DNA from: Phallusia mammillata
Lineage: Eukaryota
Direction of reading: 5' to 3'
NCBI GenBank assembly: GCA_965637545.1
Contig: OZ281501.1
Location: forward strand, 7,192,001-7,256,000
DNA length: 64,000 nt
This document shows, piece by piece, positions 24,201 to 36,200 of the stretch. The number at the start of each line of letters is the position of its first letter. The first letter of the stretch is position 1. Below the pieces are notes generated by a model that saw only the letters and a program-made list of their open reading frames with translations, ran no database searches and was not told the DNA's origin. A program made the position numbers and the translations under genes.

Positions 24201-27200
24201 AAAATGTTCAATGTGCTCTTATACTAATAAGTTACAAAATTTTAAGGTGACACAGTCGTTTTCACGGCTGTGGTTGCCGGCGAGCCGGGGCCAACTGTTC
24301 AATGGAACAAAGGAAAATGGAGACAAATCAAAAGCTACGGACGATTCAAGATTGACCATGACCAGGCAACACGCACACATACCCTCACTATATCAGTATT
24401 GGACAACCCCGATACCGGGATGTACAGGTATAAATGCTTGTCATTTAACTGAAAATAACGTTTTCCTGATGCTATAAACTGTAAAGTCTAGCCCAAGACG
24501 GAATTTAGTAATTGCTAAGCTTTTTGTCTACCACATGATAAGTAAAACGGTGTTTGTTTAGGTGCATTGCCAGAAACAAAGCTGGAGAAGCGTCCGTGCA
24601 ATTTGATTTAAACGTCTCCGAAAATTTGGTTACGGAAAAACTGGACAAGACAGAGCTGAAAAAGTAAGTCACGTTTCCACAACTAACAACAATACCAATA
24701 ATCTCAGTTTAACTAAGTGTTTTTGGGCATTAGGGCTCCCGTTAAGGAAAAGGAAGAATCGGATTTGGAAACGATAGCTGAGCTATTGAAGGAGGTTGAT
24801 CCCAAGGAGTATGAAAAATATGCCAGACATTACGGTATCACCGACTACAGACAACTTCTTACCCATTTAGAGGAAATGCAGGCCAAGGAAGAACCGGTAC
24901 GCATTTTTATGTCTAGTAAACTCGCTTGTTTGCACTTATTTAGCTATATATGTATTTCAACATTGTGTTGTTATTACAGAAATCGGTTGAGGACGAAGCC
25001 GCCGAGGTCAGAGATTTATACAAACTAATGACCAGAAGCTTGTCCATCTCCGAACCAGTCAAGGTGCTCAAAGACCTTTCAGACGTCAGTGCACCAATGG
25101 GTGACGACGCGAAATTCGTTACAGAGCTTATCATTAACGTACCAGGCATTGAAATTAACTGGTAAGTGACTATTGACTTGCAATATAAAGGCCAAAGCTC
25201 TGGTATAACTAGTGCATATGCGGTGTAGGTATAAGGGCAATGAAAGAATCCTCGACTGCAGCAAATACGAAGTCCTCCACGAGGGCACCATGTACATGAT
25301 GGTCGTCAAAAACATGACAGAAGAAGATGTCGGTGATTACCGAGTTGTAGCTGGCCCACACTCCTCCACAGCCACGTTAACGTTGGCATCACCCACAGGT
25401 AAACTTTGGCTAGATGTGTGATAAATGAATATAGCTGTATACTAGTTGGTATGGCAAATGAGTGTGTACGTATATCCACGTTCAATTTTGGCATTCAGAA
25501 CTTCCTGTTAACCAAAAACAAAAGCCGTTTGCTGATAAATTGGCTGAAACTGTTACTGATGCTCCCGTGGAGAAAACAAGAGAAAAACCCATAACGGTAA
25601 ATCAAACAACAAAAGTAGAGAAATCCGAAGACACGGAAACAGTGTCCATGCAAAAGTACGAGGAAAAGACTTCTAAGAAGGACACTAAACTAGACGAAAA
25701 CCGCGTAATGTTTGACGTGTTAGCGAAAGACAAAGAGAGCAGATTAAAGGCGGATATTAAATTAACTGAGAAACGTGTAGATGAATCTACCTCTAAGAAG
25801 AATGTGAAGGCCGCAGCTAAACCCGTGGAAAGCCTCAAAGCCGACGATACCCAGCTTAAATCGGTTGCAATCCCGAAACCCGAAAGTAAAGAGATGTATC
25901 AAGTTCAAGAAGCACCCAAAGTTCAACAGCAGCTACCTAAAAGTGACAAATGCGTTAAAACTGATGTACCTTTAACAGAGACAGATTCTACTTCATTTCC
26001 TGAAACCGAAAAATCTAAGAAGCCCACGCGTGAGTTAATCACGGCACCCACCATTTCATGTTTCCCAAATCGCTCCTCACTTCATCAACTTTTTTTTTAA
26101 ATCTACCTTTATTTACTAATATTTTGTTTTTGTAGTTGCGTTCAAAAAGCACTTGGAGAAGCAAAGAGTAAAAGAAGGTCTCCAAGCCACATTCGAATGC
26201 ACTGTGAACATCGCTGAAGCCAACGTTACTTGGTTCAAGGGCGATACCAAACTGCGCAAGTCGCGCAAATATGACATTTCCTCCAAGTCCCTGGACAGGG
26301 GCATGGAACACACGCTCGTGGTGAAGGATATGCGACCTGATGATGAGTGCACTATCACCGCTAAAGCTGCACATACCGAATACGGCAATGACACCACATC
26401 GGCAAGACTTGAATTTTCCCCTGAAGGTCAGTATTTGTTGTTTTCTTTGGGATCAATTCGCGAGCATTTTGATACAAAATTTTATACGACCCAAGGATTT
26501 ACAAAAATATTAACTTTTGTGCTTTTTCTCTCTTCCCTTCATAATCATGATCATTGTACCTGCATATCTTACAAACCCCCCTTTCCCTTGTCATGCATTC
26601 TACGGTTTCTATTCCCACAAAATACACAAAACAGTATTCGTAAAGCCGCTAACTGACCGCAAAATATGCGAAGGTGAGGCGGTAACGCTCGAATGCGAGT
26701 TAATCAAACCCAACGAAGAAGTAGTTTGGCTCAAAGATGAAAAGCAAATATACCCGGGTGGTAAATACACAATGGGTCGCAAGGGTTCGCTGTTGAGTCT
26801 CACAATTCACGATCCAATCAAAATGGACGAGGCAGTGTACTCGTGTGCGCTCAAGCGTAACTTGCAGCGTCGCGCATCATCGAATCTCGAAATTGACGCA
26901 AGTACGACATTTTTAAATCTCAAATATTCTGCTTTTAAATAACTTTAATAGCCTTACTCTCCCTGCCTAAGTCATCATACATCATTACCTTGTAACCTTA
27001 CAGCTGTAGTGTTTACAAAACCTCTGGACGAGGTAATCACTGTGTCGGAGGGCAAGAGTCTTACGCTGACATGCAGTGTGTCACGCGAACGCGCCCGCGT
27101 TCAGTGGCTCCGCAATGATGTCAAACTCAAACCCGGACCCCGATACAAAACCTCCATATCTGGTGCCACTCGGCGTCTAACTATAAATGACGTCACTCGC

Positions 27201-30200
27201 GAGGTTGACGATGGTTCGAAGTTTTCCTGTCGAATTTTGGATAACGAAGATGTGACGGAGTCGGTCACAGTGATCTCAGTGCCAGCGATAAGTACGCATA
27301 TCACTATCACCGAACCGCTCTGCACCAAAGCTGGTTTTCACATCGCGACTGGTTTCTGCATTTCACTCACGTCTGGGCTTTAGTAAACCGGCAATTCATC
27401 TTGCGTTGATCATTTTTTTTGACCCACATGTCACACTGATTGATTTTCTACAGTACACAACTATTTTGTACTGTCCTATGATCACTGAGCACGATTACCT
27501 TGTTGCATGCTTCTCACGAACGGCAAATACAACCTAGCATTAACTAAATTCTCTGTTTTTCCAGGCGACGATATATTAAAGGAAATGAAAGACCAAACGG
27601 TCGTAGAAGGCAAAAAGGCAACATTTGAATGTCTTATCAGCCGCGAAGACGGCAAAGTCACCTGGTACGCAGGAGAAAAACAAATAAACCCACAGGTACG
27701 TTACCTAACTCAAATATAGCTTAATAACAAACATGAAATAAAACAATCGTTACATCAAAACAGGATAAGAAATACAAGACCCTGTCGATGAAAAGCCTAA
27801 GGAGGCTTATAGTGGTGGACTGTACTATGGATGACAAAGTCGCCTACACATGTTGTTTCGGCGACAAAAAATCAACAGCAAACCTTGAAGTTACTCGTAA
27901 GTCAAGGACTCATTACTTACATGTGTATGACTTTACAGTTTGGTTATAACATTTCTGCCTTTAAGCTGCTATGAAAGAGGAGGAAGCAAGTGTATTGCAA
28001 AAGAAAATTCGCCACATCGAGGTCGAGCCTGAGCCCGAGCCTGAAAAAGTGGAACTGAAACCTATTCCCGGACTGAAATTTACAAAACCCTTAGAGGACC
28101 AAACCCCAAAGGTAAAAAATTCTTCTATCTCATTATACGACAAAAATACTTTGCTTATTATGATTAAAATGTATAGCCAGTTTTTTGTACTTATTCAAAT
28201 AAAATCTAACATTCAATTCAATTGTAGGAGGGCAGTACTGTCGCTCTTGAGTGCGAGCTCTCCCATCCAAATGTACCTGTAATGTGGTACAAGGGGAACG
28301 AGAAAATATACAAGAGCAAAGAATATCAAATATCGACTGAGAAACAATCGCATGTACTTCAACTATCTGATGTGTCAAGCAAAGATTTTGCGCAATACCA
28401 ATGCCAAGCCATTCCAAACCCTGATGTGATCACCGCATGTAGAGGTAAGTTTGATGACATTAAGTTATTCATGTATCCCTTTAAAATATTTTGCATATCC
28501 CTTTAATGTATATATATATATATTTTTTTTCATTTTACAGTGAAACCAGCTGAAGCAGGTATGTATTTGAAGTTAAATATATAATAAACTATTTGTACGG
28601 TAAGATTTTATTCAACAATGTCCCAACCACTTCATATACATTTAACATGATCATTTTGTTCTGTAATTTGTTTGCATGCTAAATCATATCACCCATATGT
28701 CATTACACCTCATCCCATTGTGGCCACAGCGTCGACAAAATTCCTAAAAACCCTGAGTGACAACCACTCAAGCGAGCACGATCACGTGGTTCTTGAGTGT
28801 GAGGTCGACAAGCCAGACGCAAAGGTCAACTGGACTTTCAACGGCAAGATAGTGACTACAACACCAGGTATGCAACCAGCATCTGTTTAAAAATGGTATT
28901 GTAAGTGGCAAGTATAAAACCTTGTTGTCATTTAAGGAAAATACACCGTAGAGACCAAGGGTCGCAAACGCCAGCTTTGCATCGAAAACCTTGCCATTGA
29001 AGACGAGGGCAAATATGCATGTCAGTCGGCGGACGCTATGACTATGACGGAAGCTAATGTCACAGTTGAAGAAAAGGAAATCAAACTGTTGAAAAAGGCC
29101 CGTGACGTGAACGTGTGTGAAGGAGAACAAGCACTCGTGGACATGGAAATATCTGACGAGCGGGTAAGAAATTAAGCCAACCATATATGCTTTTCCGTGT
29201 ATGATTAGACTGGAAATGTAAATTTTGGATTTATTTTGGTAGGTTCATTGCCAATGGTTGATCAACGGGCAAACTGTTGAGGCAAGTGAAAACATCCACA
29301 TTGTCGAGGATGGAAGGAAAAGATCAATCTGTATCAAGAAGGTCAACTCATCGCATCGTGGCGAGGTAAAACATTAAAAAATTGATTAAAAGTAACTATT
29401 TAACTAACCTCAATTTTCATATAGCTCACAATGGTGGCCGGTCGTCTGCGCACAGGCGTTCATGTCATGGTTATGGATCTTCCAGTGTCATTCACAACAC
29501 CTCTTAAAGATCAGATTGCCCAGGAACGCGGCAATGCGCTCTTCACATGTGAAGTGAGCCGCCCAGATGCCGACGTTAAATGGATTCGGTATGTCTGCTT
29601 TACTTAATCATCTTGGTTATTGATATTTTCCGTGTTTAACAAACCGTTGATGTACTAGGGACAGACGAACTGTGATCCAGAACAGCGATAAATATGAAGT
29701 GTCCGCCGAAGGCATGGTGCGCACTCTAGTGCTGCGTGATGTTAGCTATGATGATGAAGTTACTTTCACATGTGATGCAGAGGACAGCAAATCGACTGCT
29801 AAGCTTACAGTCACAGGTAAGAAAGTAATCCTCTTAGATTTTATTAAAGTAGTCAAATTGCACAACAAGCAATGTTTTTAGCCCGTTTGGTCGAGTTTGT
29901 TAAACCGCTGGAAGACCAAGAAATTCCAGAGGGTGAAAATGCTACCTTCGCCTGCGAGCTTAACTTTGACGATGTGGCAGTGACATGGTTTAAGAAGGGC
30001 GTGAAACTGCAAAAGGGTCGTGGTGTGCAGATTGAAGTTAACGGAGCTTGTCATAAGATCACGTTTGACGAATGTACACAAGAGGATATGGGAACCATCT
30101 CGATGTCAGCTGAAAACTTACAGGTATTAACTGCCGTCCTGACTGTATTCGATGCAATAAGTATGAAGCTGTACAATAAAACTTACTGAACACTTTTAGG

Positions 30201-33200
30201 CTGAAGCTGAACTCAAGATTATTACAACTGAACTGGCGATCGTAAAAGGACTTGAAGATCAGGCAGTGATTGAAGGCGATTCAGTCACACTTGAAGTCCA
30301 GCTAAACAAATCTAACGTCGCTGGTAATTATATGTCTTAACCAAGCAACTAACATTTAGGCACACAAAATAGCCCTTTAAACTTCCTTTGTTTTAGGTTC
30401 ATGGTACCGTAATGGTGTCCGTCTTGCCCGAACTGATTTGATTGTCATTCGCGCCGAGGGCGACAAGCACAGTGTGACCGCCAAAAACCTGACAGTAGGT
30501 GACGCTGCTGAGTTTTCCTTCACTGCTGACGGATGTCAATCATCAGCTAATATCGTCATCAAAGGTATATTTCTCAGTATAAAATGATATTTAGGGTTGC
30601 TGTTTTTCTGAACGGGTTTTCTTTCAGAACGCCCAGTCATGTTTACCAAGAAGCTTCAGCCAGTTAGCATCACTGAGATGGATGTGGTTGAGCTCTCCTG
30701 CGAGGTAAGCCGCGCTCAAGGTGAGGTTACATGGTGGAAAGGCGACGAGCAATTGGTCGAAAGCGAGAGAATCGAGTTTGTCAAGGAATCATGCTGGCGA
30801 CGACTGGTCATCCTTAAGGCTCTGTACAGTGACGAGGCTGAGTATACTTGCAAATGCGAGGCTGATGAAACTACGGTGCCCTTGACCGTCGGAGGTAGTA
30901 CACTTGGTTAAACGTCAAGCCTTCTTCAAGTAACACTTGAAATTTATTTCTCAGGTCGAAACATCAAGATTCGCCGTGACCTTCGTGATGTTGAGACAAC
31001 TGAAGGTCAATCAGTGACGTTTGAATGCGAGATTTCTCATGATGACGTCAAGTCACGTTGGTACATTAACGAGCAAATAGTCAAAGAAGATGACAACACC
31101 ATGTAAGAATAAGTCTATTATAATTCCATGTGCATATTCATGGGAATATAAACATCTAACATTGTTTTCAGCATCGAGGTTGTTGGCCGTAAGCACAGAC
31201 TCACAGTCAATAAGGTTACAAGCCAGCACAGTGGCAGCGTGAAGTTCGTTGCTTCCAAGGCAAGCACCGATGCCACTCTGACTGTTATGGAACCATTGGT
31301 TGAGTTTGCTACCCAGATCCAAGACCTGATCATTGAAGAGAAGGCTCAAGCCATCTTCGAGTGCGAGGTACGATTTCATCTCTTTTCGTCATCCTGCAGA
31401 TTTTGTACCTGTAAGCTTACTGATGAATAATAAAACAACTGACCTTTTCTACAGGTATCTCGACCAAATGCTGAAGTGCGTTGGTACAAGGGTCGTGCTA
31501 TCATCCGAGACTCTGAAAAGTACGAGATCCTTGCCGATGGCTGCAAGCGCACTCTTATTATCAAACAGTGCACTTTCGACGATGAGAAGAAATACACATG
31601 CGACGCAGAGGATGCAAGAACCAGCGCCAAGCTTACAGTACAAGGTAAGATCTTAAGCACCACTATAGGAATTATGAAACACTTTTTTCAACTGTTCTAA
31701 ACACTACCTGTCGTTTCAGCTCGTGCAATTAAGTTCTTGCGTCCCTTGGAGGAAAAGACTCACGTAGTCGAACGTGAAGAAGTAACTTTTGAGATTGAAT
31801 TGTCCCATCGCGACGTCGAAGTAATCTGGTACAAAAACGGTGCGAAAATGGCCAGGACCAAAAACATCGATTTGACCAGTGAGGGCACGGTCCACAAGAT
31901 GATCATTCACCGCGCCAGTATGGACGATTATGGTGTTGAGATTGTTGCTCAAGCTGAAGAGGAGTCTTCGATGACCACGTTCTTCGTGGAAGGTGAGCTA
32001 AAGCTAGATTTGTTTGAGTTGAATGATATACTAAATCACATTGTTATGAATAGAAATCGAAGTAAAGATCACAAATGAACTTGAAGATCTTACTGTAATT
32101 GAGAAGGAAGAAGCTGTACTTACGGTTTCCACCAACTATGACTGTGTACCTCACGTGTGGTATAAAGGTAAACTGCGCTGCTTTAACGCATTGTTACTAG
32201 GTTGCAATCGAAATATTACACATGTTATGCCTTTAGACGACGTGAAACTTGTCAAAAGTCACGACATTGAAATGACTGACGAAGGAACACTACACACGCT
32301 TAAGCTATCGAATTGCACATTGGAGGACAGCTCTCAGATTAAGTTTGTTTCAAAATCCGCAGAAAGCACAGCTCAGCTGACGGTTATTGGTAAGAATTGT
32401 ATACATTTCAACGTTAATCAATCAACAACAGCCAACAATGTATTTATTGCGTTTATCCTTGCAGAACCTCCCGTGGAATTCCCTAAGCAGCTTGAAAGCG
32501 ATTTGACGTGCGAAGAAATGGACCGAGTCGTCCTAGAGTGTCACGTGAGCCGCGCCAACGCACAGGTCACGTGGCTCAAGGATGACAAGGAAATTGAATC
32601 AGACGAAAAACACGTGATCGAGACTGAGGGAATCGTACGTCGCCTGGTGTTTACCGATGTTGCTGTTGACGACTCTGCAACATGGACATGCGACGGTGTA
32701 GACGCAAAAACTTCATGTCAACTTATTGCCAAAGGTACAATAAACGCTTTATTGCATCTAACTGGAATTTATACGCTTTTCTCTATCGTTTAGAATTGGA
32801 TATTAAGTTCACGAAGAATTTGAAGACAGCGTCCATCCGAGAGGGCAAGGATGCGCAACTCGACTGTGACATCACCACAGGCAAACCAGTTGCTGTAGAG
32901 TGGTGTCACTTCGGCAAACCGGTGGTAGAGTCGGAGCGTGTAGTCATAAACAGAGATGGCAAGAAACTCCAGCTGGTCGTCAAAAACCTTACGGTATGTC
33001 AAATGAACAGAACACAAAACAATTACAGATAAAATTCAAACCCAGCACAGTACAATACTATATATTTTGCTTGCAGGTTCGTGACGACGGCCATTATAGT
33101 TGCCGAGTACGTGACGCTAAAACTGAAGCAAAGCTCACGGTTACTCAGGAGCCAAACAAGATCGTCGGTCAACTGACAAACCTCGAAGCAGTCGAGGAAC

Positions 33201-36200
33201 AGCCTTCAGCGACATTTACATGCATTCTTGCAAGGTAGTACAAATTGTTCTCACATGTTTATGTTAGACATTTTCCAATTACCAGCTCGAATACTAATTT
33301 GTGATACTTCTGCAGAGAGATCGGCAATGTTAAATGGATGAAGGACAACAAAGCAGTCGAAATATCCGACAAGTACGAATACGTCAGCGTTGGTACTGAA
33401 AGATCTCTCATCGTAAAAGACATCTGCAAAGCTGACAAAGGAAAATACACTTGCACCATTGGTGACTCGAAGTCTACAGCTCAGATGACTGTTAAAGGTA
33501 CACATCTCAAATATACCGCAAATCACATTGAAAACAGCAAAACATTTTCGATAAATTTAAATAAATTTATCAACAGACGGAGTTAAGTTCCTTAAACGTC
33601 TCACCGACGCCAAAACCTACGAAAAGGAAGAAATCACCTTGACTTGCGAAATATCTGACCCTGAGATACCCGTGCAATGGTACAAAGACAACCTACCGGT
33701 GATCGTCAGTGAGAAAGTGGTCATTACGCACGACAAAAAGGTCCATACGCTTACTTTGCCGTGGACCAGCTTCACTGATGCCGGCCAGTACAAATTGGTT
33801 GCAGGATTTGCAAAGTCGATTGCGGCTCTTACCATTGAAGGTAATGCACCATGCAATATCAGCAAATATCAATTGACCGGAAATAGTAAAATCAATTTTC
33901 TTTGCAGATGCACCACTCGAGTTCTTGGAGAAGATCGAGAACCAAGCTGTCGGACACTTGGGACAAGCTGTGTTTACTTGCAAAATTTCACCACGTGACC
34001 AAAAGGTCGCATGGTATTTAGGCGAACAAGAGCTTACAGCATCAGACCGTTTCGTTATTGAAATCGACGACAAAATCCGAAAACTTACTATTAACGACTG
34101 CACAGTTGACGACAGGTAACTTACACAAACACAAAAAGTCCTACAGTTAAATTTGCTAAAAAACACACCAAAGAAATGCAACTAAAATATAAACACTTTT
34201 ATAGACTTACTGTAAAATGTGCTTTCGCTGACCAAACGACCACCGCAACTTTGGATGTTGACGATCCACCAGCATGGTTTGTCACTGACCTGAAAGCAGT
34301 AGAATGCACTGAGCGTGATGATGTCACCATGGAATGTGAACTGTCAAGACCCAATGTGGATGTAAGTTAACTCGTCTTATAGTATCCGAATTTAAGCACA
34401 TCAAACACATAACCTTGTTTTAACGATTTTAGGTCGAGTGGTTATGTAACGGGGCTCTAGTTCAAGAAAGTAATCGTTTGAAGTTTATTGCTGACGGAGT
34501 TTTCCGTCGCATGGAAATGGCGGTTGCTCAAATGAATGAGGCTGGTGATTACACCGTTCGTGTTTGCAATGAAGAAACTGCAACCACAGCTCATTTGATA
34601 GTCAATGGTAGGTTTTCGTAACCACAAACTAAAACTATTAGTGCGAGGTTTTCACTGTGTACCTTTTTTATCTTAGAAATTCCTCCTGGTATTTTAACCG
34701 AGCCCGAAGACGTCCATTGTGTCGCTACCGATGATGTGGAATTCGAATGCGTCATCAGCAAAGCGCGATACAACGTGACTTGGTTTTTCAATGAAGCCGA
34801 GGTCACCGCTGCGTTTGTAAAGGAAAATAAGAACAGAATAACCTTCACATCATCGGAAGATGGTCTTACTCGCACTTTATTAGTAAAAGATAGCTGTATG
34901 GACGACAACTGCGAAGTGTACGCAGTGTGTGAAGATGCTGTCAAATCAAGGGTTGCAGAATTTAAGGTTGTGCCAATAATCTTTGAAATCCCACCAGTTG
35001 ATGCGGTTGTTTGTGCCAACGAAACAGCTACATTTGTTGGTATTACAAACAAGCAAGGAGTCAAGGTAACTGTGTTTTTTTATGTAAACTATGCAAATTA
35101 AAAACAAGTCAAATAAAACTTACATTTGCATTGTAGGTATCTTGGCTGCGTGATGGCAAACCGATTGAAGGTGACTATGGCACATCAATGCACAGCGAAG
35201 GATTTGAGTACTACCTCAAAATTAACGACTGCAGCTTGCGGGATGATCACAGCATTATTACAGCCAAGGTATATCTATCAAATTAGGCTTAAAGAAAACA
35301 TCACAACCATAACTAACCTGTATCCTATTTAGGTTGCTGATTTCGTTGCTACCGCACGTTTGTTGGTGGGCCCACCACCAGCACGTTTCGTTCATGACAA
35401 ATTGGACGATGTTACTGCTGAGGAAGGCTCCCGGGCTTGCATTAACGTCGATCTAACCCAGCTTGGTGGAAAAGTACAGTGGTTTGCGGAAGGTGAACCG
35501 GTCATTCCAGATGCAAAACTACAGACAGTCGCTACTGGTTTGGTCCGAACTTTGGTGGTAGTTGACTGCAAACGCGGCAAAGACGAGGTAAAAAAACTGT
35601 AACCATATTTTTGTGAACGTACTAAATATCAAAATTCTTAATGCACATAAACGCCACTGTGAAGTCATCAAACATTTCAGCCCAATAAAGCGAGAGGAGT
35701 GTATGTGCGCGCGCGCGCTTTCCACCCTTTTCTCCCTTTTCTTTCTTTATTTGTCTCGCGCAATGCGCTGCTATAAAACACCAGTTTTGGGCGGTTTTAT
35801 GCTCTCGCTTCGTCAGCTTGTACACGAGTTGTCTGGTTCAAGCGCTAGCCTGGAAGGTTCGAATCTCACAGCGGCATCGTTATGATGACAAAATTGTGAA
35901 GCATGAATTCCAGTGAACGTTCAGGTTTTCTGAACTTAGCTGTTTCATTGATTAGAAAAATTTGCGCATCACTAATCTGAAGCGACTGCCGCAATTTTTA
36001 AACTTTACGCAATTTACTCGCAGCGCACATACGCGTGCCGTCTTGCCGGCGAGGAACTGAAGGCGCGATTGATCGTGACTGAGGCGCCTTTGCGCTTTGA
36101 CAAAAAGCTTTGGGACAGAGATTGTGAACCAGCCAAGACATGCACTCTGGAATGCTTACTAAACAAGCCATTTGCAAACGTTGTCTGGACTGTTGATGCA

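Noticed and set aside
26898-26903. Possible GC-AG donor (GCAAGT) at the end of exon 26635
   Set aside because: It would be phase 0. The GT donor at 26902 gives the phase 1 needed by the next exon.
35834-35865. Pol III A-box-like TGGTTCAAGCG and B-box GGTTCGAATC suggesting a tRNA or SINE
   Set aside because: The boxes start only 22 nt apart (about 45 in tRNA), and no acceptor stem or anticodon arm can be folded. At most a decayed SINE head, so it is not called.
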